A program made the translations under genes and the position numbers. The notes under the pieces are model-generated. The model saw nothing but the letters and a program-made list of their open reading frames with translations, was not told the origin of the DNA and did not search any database. From Rhynchopus sp. YZ270_cl-10 (taxonomy: Eukaryota): a stretch of 64,000 nt of DNA. Position 1 is the stretch's first letter, and every line of letters starts with the position of its first letter. The stretch is from the NCBI GenBank assembly GCA_964035575.1, contig OZ037837.1:682001-746000 (forward strand), written 5' to 3'. Below, one piece after another: positions 11,217 through 22,764 of this stretch.

Positions 11217-14200
11217 GGAGGCACGGCAAAAATGCGCATTTTTGATATTTTTGATATTTTTGGCAGAATTTTTTGGGCGTTTTTTGCGTTTTTTTAGGGA
11301 AAAATAGTGAGGGGAGTTGGGTCCAGTCATAGGAAGTATAGAGAATTTTTGAAAAATTCTTCCATTGGAATAAGGGTTTGCGGGCCTTGCCCTCTGAGGT
11401 GTTAGAAGGTTTGCAGGTTTGCAGGTTTGCAGGTTTAAGGAGGCGAATCTGTGTGGATGAGGGTTGAGGGTGCTTAGATGGGGTATGATACTGAGGTGCT
11501 TAAATGGTGGTTTTGTAGGTTACATAGTCACGAGACTGCCCTTGTATTAAAAGGGGGAAGAGGGGAGATGATAGGGGACAAGGCTACCAATCCGACTTAA
11601 ACCGACTCAGTAGGGTCAGGTCGGACCGACCCAAACCTACCCAGCAAAAAGGTCAAAAAATAGATGTCAATTTTGAGACACTTTTTTTCCACTTTTTTCC
11701 TTAGGGATTTTTCCAGGTACTTAGCGAAGCGTTAGGGCGACTTAAGTCCCTTGGCCCCAGCGCCCTATGGGGCGCCTCCTCGTCGGGCCGTTAGGGCCCT
11801 CCGGTGGCCAGGTTCTTTCTCTGGGCTTAGAGGCTCGAAGTTCCCCGTCAGATTGGAGCTGGTGTGCTTTATGAGGCTCGCTCGTCTAGATTGAGGCTCG
11901 CTCGTCCGGATTGGGCTAGCTCGTCCGCCTTCGGCTAGACCCTCCGCCTTTGGGTGGGCTCGTGGATCTCCGTTATGTACGTACGGGTTCGATACTCTGG
12001 TTGGAGTGTGACAGCACGCCATTTCTTGAGCACGTTGGTAACACACGAAGTGCAATGGCGATAATGGAAAGATAGATGCCGGCATTGGTGAATTGCTGGA
12101 GTTCTGCACAGGAAGCTAGCATGACGTAGAATCACTGTGTGAACAAAATGACCGTATTTTGGTTGAAAATTTGACTTGAAAATTTTTTTCATAATTTGCC
12201 CAATCGAAGGTTTTCCTTGGATTTTTTGGGCCATTTTATGACGTACCACGCCCGATTTTGGGCGAAAAAAAATATTTTTTTTTGGTCAAAAATCGCCTTG
12301 TATTACCACTGTATTGGTGTAGGCTTGTACACAGAAGTGTGTTTTGTGTAACCACAGATGGTCAAAACACCCGATTTTTGCATTTTTTTTGCATTTTTTG
12401 GTGCCCAAAGACCCACCTCAGTGGTCGAAATTTTCCCGAAAAAAAAATTTTTTTTTTTGAGATTTTTCGATTTTTTGACAAGGCGCTGGCCCATACAAAG
12501 TGCACTGGCGGTACAGAAAATGGTTGGGGAATAAACTCTAGATGCTCAAAACAGCCCAATTCATGCTTTTTTTGACTTTTTGGTCCCAGAAGGGTGCCTA
12601 GGGTGTAGTGAGCAGGCCTCAAAAACACTTGTGAAAAAAAAAAAAAATTTTTTTTTTTGAGATTTTTCGATTTTTTTTGACAAGGCGCTGGCCCATACAA
12701 ACTGTACAGGGTGGGTATTTTATACACAAAATAGCCGTGGAATAAATTCTAGATGCTCAAAACATCAAAATTCTGGCTTTATTTGCATTTTTGGTGCAGA
12801 CATGTGCAAAAAAAAAATTTTTTTTTCTGTGGGAAAAATTTTGTGATGTCGAAAAAAAAATTTTTATTCCGTTTTACAAAGTAGTAGTCCCCAAGCACAG
12901 GCCAAAATGCAGTGAAATAAGAAGAACTTTGTGTGTTAAAAGTCACCTTATTTCACGGCAATTTATGTGTAAATTGCATGGGGCGTGAAAAAAAGTCACC
13001 TTATTTCACGGCGCACCCGTATGAGTATTCCTGTGTGGTGGGTGGGTTTCAGGTGGGGAGGGTGGGGATCTGGACAAAAATTTGGAGCTCACTCGAGCTT
13101 GTAAGAGGCGAAGCTCTTGTAGTTGCTTAGTCCGCTCTCGTATGCCTCCTGCATCTTCGCCTTAAGCGTTGTCCTCGGCATTTGTTGTTGTTCTTTTTTT
13201 CTTTTGATTAGCTCCTGTAACAGGTGATACGTGTGGTGTGGGTGGTATTTATTTTTCCTGATCTCCCATCTCACTGTTTTTTGGCCTGTGCTTGGGGACT
13301 ACCCCTACTTTGTAAACCGGAATAAAATTACGTATTGTTTGTCATAAGGAATCCGTTTTTTCACGCTACAGGTGCGCTCGTTACCTGCTGCACATAATTC
13401 ACCTCGCTTCGCTCGGTAAATTATTTTTCCGTATTTACCTCGCTTCGCTCGGTAAATACTATTACATGGTCCCCTCGCTTCGCTCGGGAACCATTTCTGC
13501 AGCAGGTAACTCGCACGACCTGTAGCGTGAAAAAAAGTATTCCTTATTTCATACCAATAAATAGTTATTTTTTTCTGTGGGAAAAATTTTGTGATGTCGA
13601 AAAAAAAAATTTTTTTTTCTTGAAAGAGGCACGGCACTTTTGTGGAATTTTGTGGAATTTTGTGGAATTTTTTTATAAGGGGAAAAAGTTTTATTTTTAG
13701 AATTAGAGTGTACAGCTAGGTAGGACCAGACGTCGTTAACAGCTATGAACCAAAGAGGTTCTCAGTGTCGTCGGCCAAGCCCCTTCACCAAAAAAGACTA
13801 CAACAAGAAAACAAACACACAGAAAAAAAAAAAGGTAAAAGAATGCCCTTCCTCAGTCCGGAAGTATCACCTCAACCGGTCACACCTGCCGTAAAATAGA
13901 GAGAGGTTACAGAATACAGATTATTAAAAAAACAAAAAAAAAAAAAAAATGACTATTTATTAAATGAAAATCAGATCGCTTGATTTTCACGCGTGGGTGA
14001 CTTTTTCACGAGTGAGGTTTACTTCACGAGCGAAGCGAGTGGAGTAATAGAAACGAGTGAAAAAGTCACCCACAAGTGAAAATCTGCCTGATTTTCATTT
14101 AATACGTAATTTTATTCAAAATTTGATAAAGTTGAGATGGAAAAAATAGATGAACGTGTGAAGGAGAAAACGTGGTGTGTCATAATAAACCCGTGGTGAG

Positions 14201-16333
14201 TGGTGTTTGCGAGGCAGAGGGTGGGTGGGGGGTAGGTACTACAGAAAAATACCCCCATTTTAAAAATACTCCCTGACCCCGTATCATGTAGGTGTTTAAA
14301 GTACTATGTGCGATGTGAACATCTCACATGTTGGTGCAGAGGAGCTAGGCTGCACTCTTTATGTTCTCTTTGACTCGGACATAGGTGCAACACTTCATGT
14401 ACTCCTTCTCGTGTGCGGTTGATGAAGCTGTTGCGAGCGTGTTATCCATTGCAGTGTCTGCCTCTTCCTTTATGCTGACCTCCGTGTTCCTCATCACCCA
14501 CGTCTTCGGCTTCCTCCCCATAGTTGTTGTGAGGAAACAAGGACACAAAAGTTGTATGCACCGTGTTTTCTACCAAACTATTACTGGGGGGTCAAATAGT
14601 AGACCCCCCTGAAGAGTAGCCCCCTAAGCAAAAATTTGACCACATTACCACAACTACTCAAAACATGAAATCTGTTGCTTTATTTGACTCATCGTGCATT
14701 TTTGAGATCTGGACATGGGGGTCAGACTCCACTTTAGAGCACCAAAAATAGGGTCAAAAAATTTTTTTGCAAGGGGGTGGATTTTTGAATTTGTATGGGA
14801 AAACCCACTTTTGGCCGTGAGCGTGAAATAATGTTACTTTATTTTCACGGCCAGACTTTTTACGGCTAAAATACGTGTAATACTTTATTTCACGCCCGTG
14901 AAATAAAGTAAAACCTGAAATTACTCGCCAGCCATTTTTTCCATAGAAACTTTATCAAATTGAATAAAAAAATCTGTACTTCATTGGTCTCGGCCAGTGG
15001 AGTCCCCTACAGGAGGGGAGAGGGCTTTGCCCTCTCCTGTACTACACGTGAATATGTCTTTGTTTTTGCAAAGAAAACATGAAAAGCTGCTCGCCATGGT
15101 GGAGGCCCGTCTGTTGGACGCCGAGACCGATAGCAGCAGAAGAAGAGGAACCCCCCGTCGTGCAGGAGGAGAAGCAGACGACGGAGGTGACGGCGGCACC
15201 ACCGCCAGCGAAGGAGACACCCGGCACCTGCCCAGATGCCACCGCAACGACCCCCCCCCACCAGCAGGAGGCTTGGCTCTACTGGTGGGGCAACGACGCC
15301 TCACGAGGCGCATACGACGAAGCCGGCGCCGCCGCCTCCACCCGACGACCGCCTGCACCCACTGACTCGCCCACCCGACGGTGGATGGAAGTGCCCACCC
15401 GACCGTGGGTGGCTGTGCTCACCTGCAAGAACGTGTTCTCTGAAGTGCCCACCCGACCGTGGACGGCTGCGCACCGCAAAGACCATCGCCTGGAGCAATT
15501 CGGGCATTACATAGAAGCGTGTAGTATAGTGGAGTTCATCTTCGGGTGTCTACACTAAAACAACCAAGTTCAGGGAAATAGCTTGGGTACTTTTGCTGGT
15601 TTCAAAACCAGAACGAGCTGGTTTACTGGTTTGGGGAAAAATAAAAAAAAAAAGTGGGATTCGGGATTCAGTTTTTCGCCTCCCCCCTGCACCACTTTCT
15701 TCACAGAAGAAAGCCTCACGTAAGCGAACCCCTAAAAAGGGTGCATTGAGTGACTCTGTGGTGTAAAAAGCTACATTTTTTGCACCATACCCTAATTTTT
15801 TTTCGCCTGCGGCGCCACTTGATATTATTTTTTTTGCTCCGCAAAAAAATAGAGTTTACAATGGCTAAAGGGATTCCCTTGCATTTTGCAGCCAAACAAA
15901 ATGCAACTTGGCCAAAGCTGCAAAAAGTTGACCGTTTTTTCAAAATGACCCACCGTTGCAACAGCCCCTGCTTCTGGAAGACGTATTGATTTATACGGTT
16001 AGTGGAACGTAAGGTGCAAGACCAAGCTCCGTTAACAAAGGATTATATCCCGTTTTCTTTGTCTCGCAAACCTTACCCTGTACCTCTCCACTCTGGCTGT
16101 CAGGGAGGCGCGCGCGAAGCGCGCGACGACCGCTTTCAACTGGGGAAATTTTTTTTTCTAAACCAGCAAACCAGCAACATTTGAAAAGTGCACCTTTCAA
16201 GCTACTACCCTGACCAAGTTTTCAAAAAAAAAAAAAAAAAAAAGAAAAAGTAGAAGTCGAGTTTTTGAAATTCCACAAAATTCCACAAAATTCCACAAAA
16301 TTCCACAAAATTCCACAAAAGTGCCGTGCCTCC
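11217..16333. mobile_element. Nested TIR element (GGAGGCACGGCA ends, AAT flanks)
   Basis: 12-bp TIR at 11217 and 16322-16333, with AAT on both sides. (TTCCACAAAA)n subterminal array at ~16270-16320. An extra inverted copy of the same end lies at 13626-13670. Confidence 0.65.
13958..14104. repeat. Palindromic hairpin element centred on GCGAAGC
   Basis: Arms TATTAAATGAAAATCAG…GTGGGTGACTTTTTCAC and GTGAAAAAGTCACCCAC…CTGATTTTCATTTAATA. Centre ACGAGCGAAGCGAGT. Confidence 0.85.
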
Positions 16334-18815
16334 AATATATTGATTTGGTGATGAATATTATTGATTGAATATTGAAAGTGTCAATAATATTGACTGAAAA
16401 CTGTCAATATTTCAATAATATTGAAATATTGATCATATTATTGAATATTGACGTTGCAGTGCCTGTTTTTTCCTTGACGGGAGGCCATAGCTGAGAATAA
16501 GACTTGGGGACCCGGGACCCGGTTATTCTCAGTGGGACTGGGCACAATATGTCGAAAACGCTGTGAAAACGCCTGAAAGCGGGTCGGGGACCCGAGCGGG
16601 AGGGTGGGGCATGGATGGAGGGGTATTCCCAGTCTCTAGGACTGGGACTGTACCCAGTGCCCAGTACCCGTCCTAGTTCTAGTCCTGGGACAGTACCCGG
16701 GACCCGGCTTATTCTCAGCTCCCTTCCAGCCACAGAGTGGAGAGGCAAAGGGTCAAACTTTTCTGTCGAAGCCATGTGCGCAACATTTCAAAGATTGTCC
16801 CATAAATCGCACATTATCACAGCCAAACTATATCATGGATAGGGTAGAGCTGTGGGCTGCCGCTCGTAATTCCTAAACACTTGTGTTTAGGCTTTTAAGG
16901 TTGCTGCCCTCCCAGTACCCTCCTGGTGCACCCACCCGAAAATGCGCCAAAGTGTAAGATTTTTTCGGCGGTGGAAAGATTGGCCTCAAAAATGCGGATC
17001 ACCAAATCAGATCTGTGAGAGATTTGTTTTTAATTGGGATTTTCGCCTTTTTGGGTGGTTTTTGGGCCCATACCCGGCTATATGGACTGGGAAACGCGAT
17101 TCTGGGGTGCTAGAACCAGGTCTAGGCCGCACAGGGGTACTTCTGTGGGCAAAAACAACCCACAAAACCATGCACTGCGTTGTGTTCTGTGACCATTCAG
17201 GTGTTTTAGCTAGTGTACGAGGCGTTGCGATCGATTTGGTTTCGTTCTCGTTCATCAACCACACGAGCTAGCAAAAAATATTTAGGATTCGCAAAACTAA
17301 ATTTTGTCCGCGCCGCAGGCGCACGGTACGCTCCTTTTTTATGAGAGTTGCGAACCTACGTTTGAAAAATCCATCCATCCACATGTCTTTTTTATGAGAA
17401 GATCAGTGAGTAAATAGTTCCGCTTATGGGCCCAGGAGGCTTCCCCTGGTCAGGGGTGGGGTTTGCTGCTTTGGAGAGGAGGTTGTTCTGGGTACAGAAG
17501 GAGAAAAAAGAGTAGTTGAAACGTGCTAAAACGCAGTCGAGCTCATGCAAAGGGTAGGAGGTGGGTGGTCCGTACCATAAGAGAACGGAGGCGGTTCACA
17601 ACCGCTCGACGAATCACGCGACCTCTTTATACCCCAGCCTTTTTAACGGCCAAAAAAACTCTATGATTTTGCACGTGTTACCGTGGGACTCTACGGGCAA
17701 TCATGGCTCAGTTCGTAAACGCGCACGTGCCATTCAATGCCATCGCGGGGGAGCGACTTGCCTTGTGGCATCAGATGGCTCCTTAGTGGGGGGATCTACG
17801 CGGACAGTGAGAGGGGGTAGGGTGGGGGGCGGCATTCTCTACCTGGCTTCTGAAGAAGGGTGTCTTCCCTTGGGGCTCCGCGAAGTGCAATGCGGACTCG
17901 AGAAGTCATTACCAGGCAGCACATCTCACAAAAATAGGACTGTGATAACGTTTGTCCCCTGGTATATGAGGAATTTTGTCATAGTTGGTATCACACAAGT
18001 CGCCATATTTTTTGCATTTTTTGGTCCGAAGTTCAATTACCACCGTCCTGGAAATTGGGGCAATTTTTTTGTGCCTCAACTCGGGCATGTTTTTATGTGT
18101 GGTGCACGAGTTGTGTGAGGTTGGAAGATGCAGAACCAGTTTCCAAGGGGCGCAAGACCATTATGTGAAGGAAAGTGTCAATATATTGATCAATATATTG
18201 ATCAATATTTGCAAATATTGAATGGGAAATTTACACGGTAAAAGTGTCAATATATTGAAAATTTCCTACGTGATATTGATCAATATAATATTATTGATAT
18301 TGAAAAAAACGTGAAAAAAAATATTGAATATATTTATGAAGCCATGTTTGTATACAAAAAAAAAGTTGTTTGGGGAAATAGCTATTATTTGGGGGTTAAA
18401 CTTATTCGGGGCCCCTTTGCAACCTAGAAAATAAAAACGAAATCGCCGACTGGAGATTCAAAAGGTAACTAATAAGCCATATGAGACAACATCTACCTCC
18501 GAGAAAAAAGCAAAATTATTACGCGTCCATTCGACGTTTGGATAAAAGAAAACTAGAGATGAAAGGGGGTTTGGGGGGAAGAGTTTAATTCTTGAACGCA
18601 TCCCCACACTCAGTCACACACCACAGAGGAAAAAAGTTGACAAAATAATTGTGAATTTTGGGTAGTTTGGTGTATTGCTTCCAAAAGCTTTTTGTAGTTG
18701 CGTGTTGTGCTTTTTATTTTTAATTTTGAATACTTGGTTGTATTAGTGTAGCCACCCTAGAGTGTGCTCCACTATATTTTTTTTTTGAAAAACACCAAAC
18801 GCTGTTCACAATAAT

Positions 18816-18955
18816 CATGGTTGTACAAAGTACTCGAAGAGTATCGAGTACTCGAAAACGAAAAAAATAGGCCACTCGACACTCGAGTACTCGCCCGACC
18901 CCTTTTTTTTTTCTCTTCAATTTACTCGTTCTGGCACTCGAGTACTACAACCATG
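18816..18955. mobile_element. 140-bp MITE with CATGGTTGTA TIR and 6-bp TSD
   Basis: TIR CATGGTTGTA / TACAACCATG. AATAAT at 18810-18815 and 18956-18961. Internal (A)CTCGAGTAC repeats. Confidence 0.8.
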
Positions 18956-19461
18956 AATAATGAACGCAACATCGACAATTGTCCTGATGAAGCTGTAATG
19001 TGTGTGTGATGGGGAGCATGGGAGGGAAAAAACGACTCGTGGATACTGAAAAATTTCACTAGAAATGCACACACGTCAAAAAAGCTTTCTGATAAAAAAC
19101 GAGCGAAGCACAAAAACCAGCGCGTGTGAGAGAAAACAGAATGCTGTCCTGACAATTGTAGGGATTCAGGCGACGGGCTAAAAAAACCTACCCATCAGGT
19201 CTAATTTTACTGCATTTCTTATTCTCTCCATACTTTCTTTTGTTTGCATGAACAGCGGGGATTGAATTGAGTAAGGTACATCAGAAATTTCATTTCCAGG
19301 TATTTCAGGATGTCACCGAAAACGCTTAAAGAAAAGAAGATAAAAATAAAAAGCAGTTTCGGCCGTGCACGAACAGGGGGAAGGGAGGGTGGGTGGAAGC
19401 GAATACTACACACGCGAAGTGCAGTTACTCAAAAACATGCTGTCAACACGACGCGCGTAAT

Positions 19462-21459
19462 TCACGCCATCTCTTCATCCTTAGCCGTTCCGTAGTCGTA
19501 CACGTCACATCCTTCAACCAGAGCTGAAGCATCCTCCGCACAGTCCTGTTGTATGTTGTACGCCACAGACCTGCGTCGCCGTGCAAACAGCACTCCTGCC
19601 AGCACCACAACCAGAAGTGCACCAGAACCAGCCAGCAGCCAAACGTAGGTGGGAAGCGCGACTGTTGGAACAGCCGTTGGTGGTGCCTGTGTCGTGACAC
19701 GACATGTGCTGAAGCTGAAGTTCGCCACCACACCGTTGAGGGGCACATCCCCAGGGAACGTGCTCGTGTAGATGTGGTTGTCGGTGCGTGTGTCAAGTAC
19801 TGGGAGAGGACCTGAGGCAGAGACACGTTCAACACCATCGAAGAAGAGCTGTGCAAAGCCTGTGTTGTGTGACGTCGCCGTCACGACAAGCACCACATGC
19901 ATGAAGACACCGCAGCACGGTCCCGGCACAGGGTCGATGAAGATGATGTGCTGTGCACCCTGCCACACTTGGTACTCCCACTGGCCCTTGCTGTCGATGG
20001 TGAGGATCACGTTGTTCTTCTCCATTCCATTCGAGAACTCGAAGACACGTCCCATATCATTCACACCGTCCACCCGCACGTCTGCCTCCATGATGAAGCC
20101 GTCCCCTCCCAACGTGAGTGGTGCGTTACTGACAAACTCAGACGAGTCGGTGAACTGTGTGATGAGGACTGGATCCTCACACGGCAGGACTACTGGTGCC
20201 GCTGTTGGTGCAACTGTCGGAACAGCTGTTGGTGGTGCCGCTGTTGGTGCAACTGTCGGAACAGCTGTTGGTGGTGCCGCTGTTGGTGCAACTGTCGGAA
20301 CAGCTGTTGGTGGTGCCGCTGTTGGTGCAACTGTCGGAACAGCTGTTGGTGGTGCCGCTGTTGGTGCAACTGTCGGAACAGCTGTTGGTGGTGCCGCTGT
20401 TGGCGGAACTGGTGTTGGCTGGATGCCCCAGGAGAAGTGTGAGGCTTGCTCAGACTCGACGAAGATCTGCTTGCCCCTCACACAGGGGACATCCCTATAG
20501 ACGTTGACGTTGTAGAAGAGGCCACTGAAGGAAAACGCCGTCTCAGTGCCTGTGTGGTCGTGTATCGTGACAAACCCTGGCTCGTTTTTCTTCAGTGAGA
20601 ACGTCAACGTCGCGTTTTCTGTGCATGTGATAACACCTGCGTATGTCTCTTCGCTGGATGAGAGCTCACCGTTCATGCCCCACGTCGTGTTGACACCATC
20701 GTAACTGCCTGCAGCGATGTGCTGTGTGACTGCGTCAGGCGACAGTGCAGGTGTCAGCAGTTCGGGCACGCCATTGTTCGGAACAAACGTTACTCCCACG
20801 AACATGGAGAAGAAGTCCAGACGCTTATAGCTTGACTCCCAATCCAGCTTCACACACAGGTCGTCACCACGCTCCCACGCAGCATGGTCAAACGGCACAC
20901 CCGTCACCTCCACAGTCATCGATTTCCATTTCGTCATGTTCACATCCTTCGAGAACAGTGTTGTCGCGTTCGACCCACACCCCTGTGTGATGGACAACGT
21001 CGCAGAGAGCAAGGGATCTGCTTGAGTACCGATCCGCAGACTGGCGATAGACACAACGTAGTTGTCCATCACATCACCCTCAAGCAGGCTGATGGCAGAG
21101 CCCACACCAGCAGAAAGACCTCCAGACCTGTGTGGTGGTGTTGTGTGTGGCACTATGTTCCTCATTCCAAGCTGTGCTTCACTCTGTGTGCAAATGTGGC
21201 AAAAGGTTCACAACCCTCTGGTTGCTGTATTTCCTCTTCCTCGACACGATGTGTTTTACTACAAAAGATGTTAAAGCGCACAGATCTGTGTTTTGCATCT
21301 TGGCATTGTTCTGAAGTGGAAGAGGGTCACATACCCGACTGTGACACGCGCCTGTGTCGTCTGCATCTCGTGCACCGTGCTGGCCAGTGAAGCCTCTGCC
21401 AGAAGGGACAGCAGCACAAAGGCTGTGGTGTGCTTCCCCCGCTGACATGTTGTTGACAT
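19462..21459 (-). CDS. Variable-domain type-I membrane protein, locus A (~596 aa): signal peptide, V domain, PT stalk, LamG/ConA-like domain, TM, short tail
   Basis: join(21459..21335, 21127..19462). Phase-2 intron 21128-21334 (GTATGT…CACACAG). Leader MSTTCQRGKHTTAFVLLSLLAEASLA. 13-aa PTAAPPTAVPTVA repeats. LamG-like FIMEADVRVD…RVFEFSNG…MHVVLVV…LFFDG…NHI…LNGVV. TM YVWLLAGSGALLVVVLAGVLFA followed by RRRR. Confidence 0.9.
20195..20405 (-). repeat. 39-bp coding tandem repeat (~5 copies), mucin-like PT stalk
   Basis: Exact repeats of GGTGCCGCTGTTGGTGCAACTGTCGGAACAGCTGTTGGT. Confidence 0.95.
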
Positions 21460-21850
21460 TGTGGTACCTGGTGTGGTGTGGTCGTGGTGAGGATGAGCGA
21501 TCTGGAAAAAGACACTGGGGGACAGAAAAACCTTTCTGTGACCTCGGGAGGACCCAACACCCCGACCAGCCTGCCTGCCCTCTCCCCACTGCACTGGCAA
21601 CGTGATGTCCTCATCTGGGTGGTGTCGTCTCTAACACCAGAAGAGTTGAGCAGAGCACACAAGCGAGTGTCGTGTCGTCCAGCAGGAGCACCTTGCAAGC
21701 ACAATAGTCAAAGGCACCCTTCTTCCTGCAGGGCAGGGTTCAGGGAAGTAGCGGCAGACTGTGCACCCTGACGACAACGATACCGACACGAGGATGAAGG
21801 ATGCTCTGTGTCTTGTTGTTGTCTTAAACTTCGTTCCTCATATAATACAT

Positions 21851-22764
21851 CAGTCCTATTCGTGGTCATTTACCCCCCCCCCTTTGGGTCGGTGAACCGG
21901 AAATTTTGGAAATAAGGGGGTAAAATAAGGGGGGGGGGGTAAATGAGGGGGTAAGGGGGGGGGGTAAATTACCATGTTATGGGTTAGGTCATGTTTTTGG
22001 GTGGGAAGGGGGGACTTTTTCATACACGGTGGGGTAAAATTTTGCACAACACAGTGTGACGACACATGCTCTCATGACAAATGTGTCATCTGAAAAAAAT
22101 TCCTCACTTCCTTGCGACATCGCAAGCAGTCATGCATCATGGATCCACATCATCCACATCATCTTTCTGCCCGTGCCTGAACCATGACTGGTCAGGGATC
22201 ACGGTGTTGCCTCAGATTCCGTGAGGTGTCCCAAACGTATCGCCCACGCAGCACAAACGTACCCACCTGCACCCATCTACCTGCACACGTGATGTAAAAC
22301 AGGGTGAAAGATTATTTGCACTTTACCCCTTTCCTCATTTCGAGCTTGTCTCCAGCTTCAAATCAGACGAGTCCTACAGTCTCCGGATGTACGACCCGCT
22401 GAACACATCAGCCCCTCCCAGCAAACCATAAAACAAAACAGGTATGCGCTGCACTAAGTGAAACTATTACCCCATAATTACACGCCAGGTGGTGTTTTGC
22501 CACTCGTTCCCTGAACCCCCTCGCTTCGCTCGTGGGTTTAGGTCACTCGTGACAAAACACCACCTGGCGTGTTGCGGCGATAATTACCCAAAAATTACCT
22601 GGTGGCTGGTACTTTACCCCCCCAGGGGGGTAAAGTAGTATTATAAGGGGGGGGGGTAAATTACCATGTTATTTTGGCCTGAACCGTTTTTTTCTGAAAA
22701 AGGGGGTAAAATAAGGGGGGGGGGTAAATTTAGGGGGGGGGGTAAATGACCACGAATAGGACTG
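21851..22764. mobile_element. Non-autonomous TIR element (~914 bp) with AT flanks
   Basis: TIR CAGTCCTATTCGTGGTCATTTACCCCCCC / GGGGGGGTAAATGACCACGAATAGGACTG. GGGGGGTAAA subterminal repeats. AT dinucleotide on both sides. Confidence 0.8.
22480..22572. repeat. Palindromic hairpin element centred on GCTTCGC
   Basis: Arms ACACGCCAGGTGGTGTTTTG(C)CAC and GTG(A)CAAAACACCACCTGGCGTGT. Centre CTCGCTTCGCTCG. Confidence 0.85.

Larger units (their letters stand above)
11184..18346. mobile_element. 7.2-kb TIR element with CATGG ends and a 6-bp TSD, carrying nested insertions
   Basis: 26-bp TIR CATGGCTTCATAAATATATT(G/C)AATAT with 1 mismatch (11184-11209 and 18321-18346). TTTGTA on both sides (11178-11183 and 18347-18352). 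ATATTGA subterminal repeats at ~16335-16450 and ~18180-18330. Confidence 0.8.

Noticed and set aside
11940..12010. GGTTCGAT B-box-like motif suggesting a tRNA
   Set aside because: I could not build a cloverleaf or acceptor stem.
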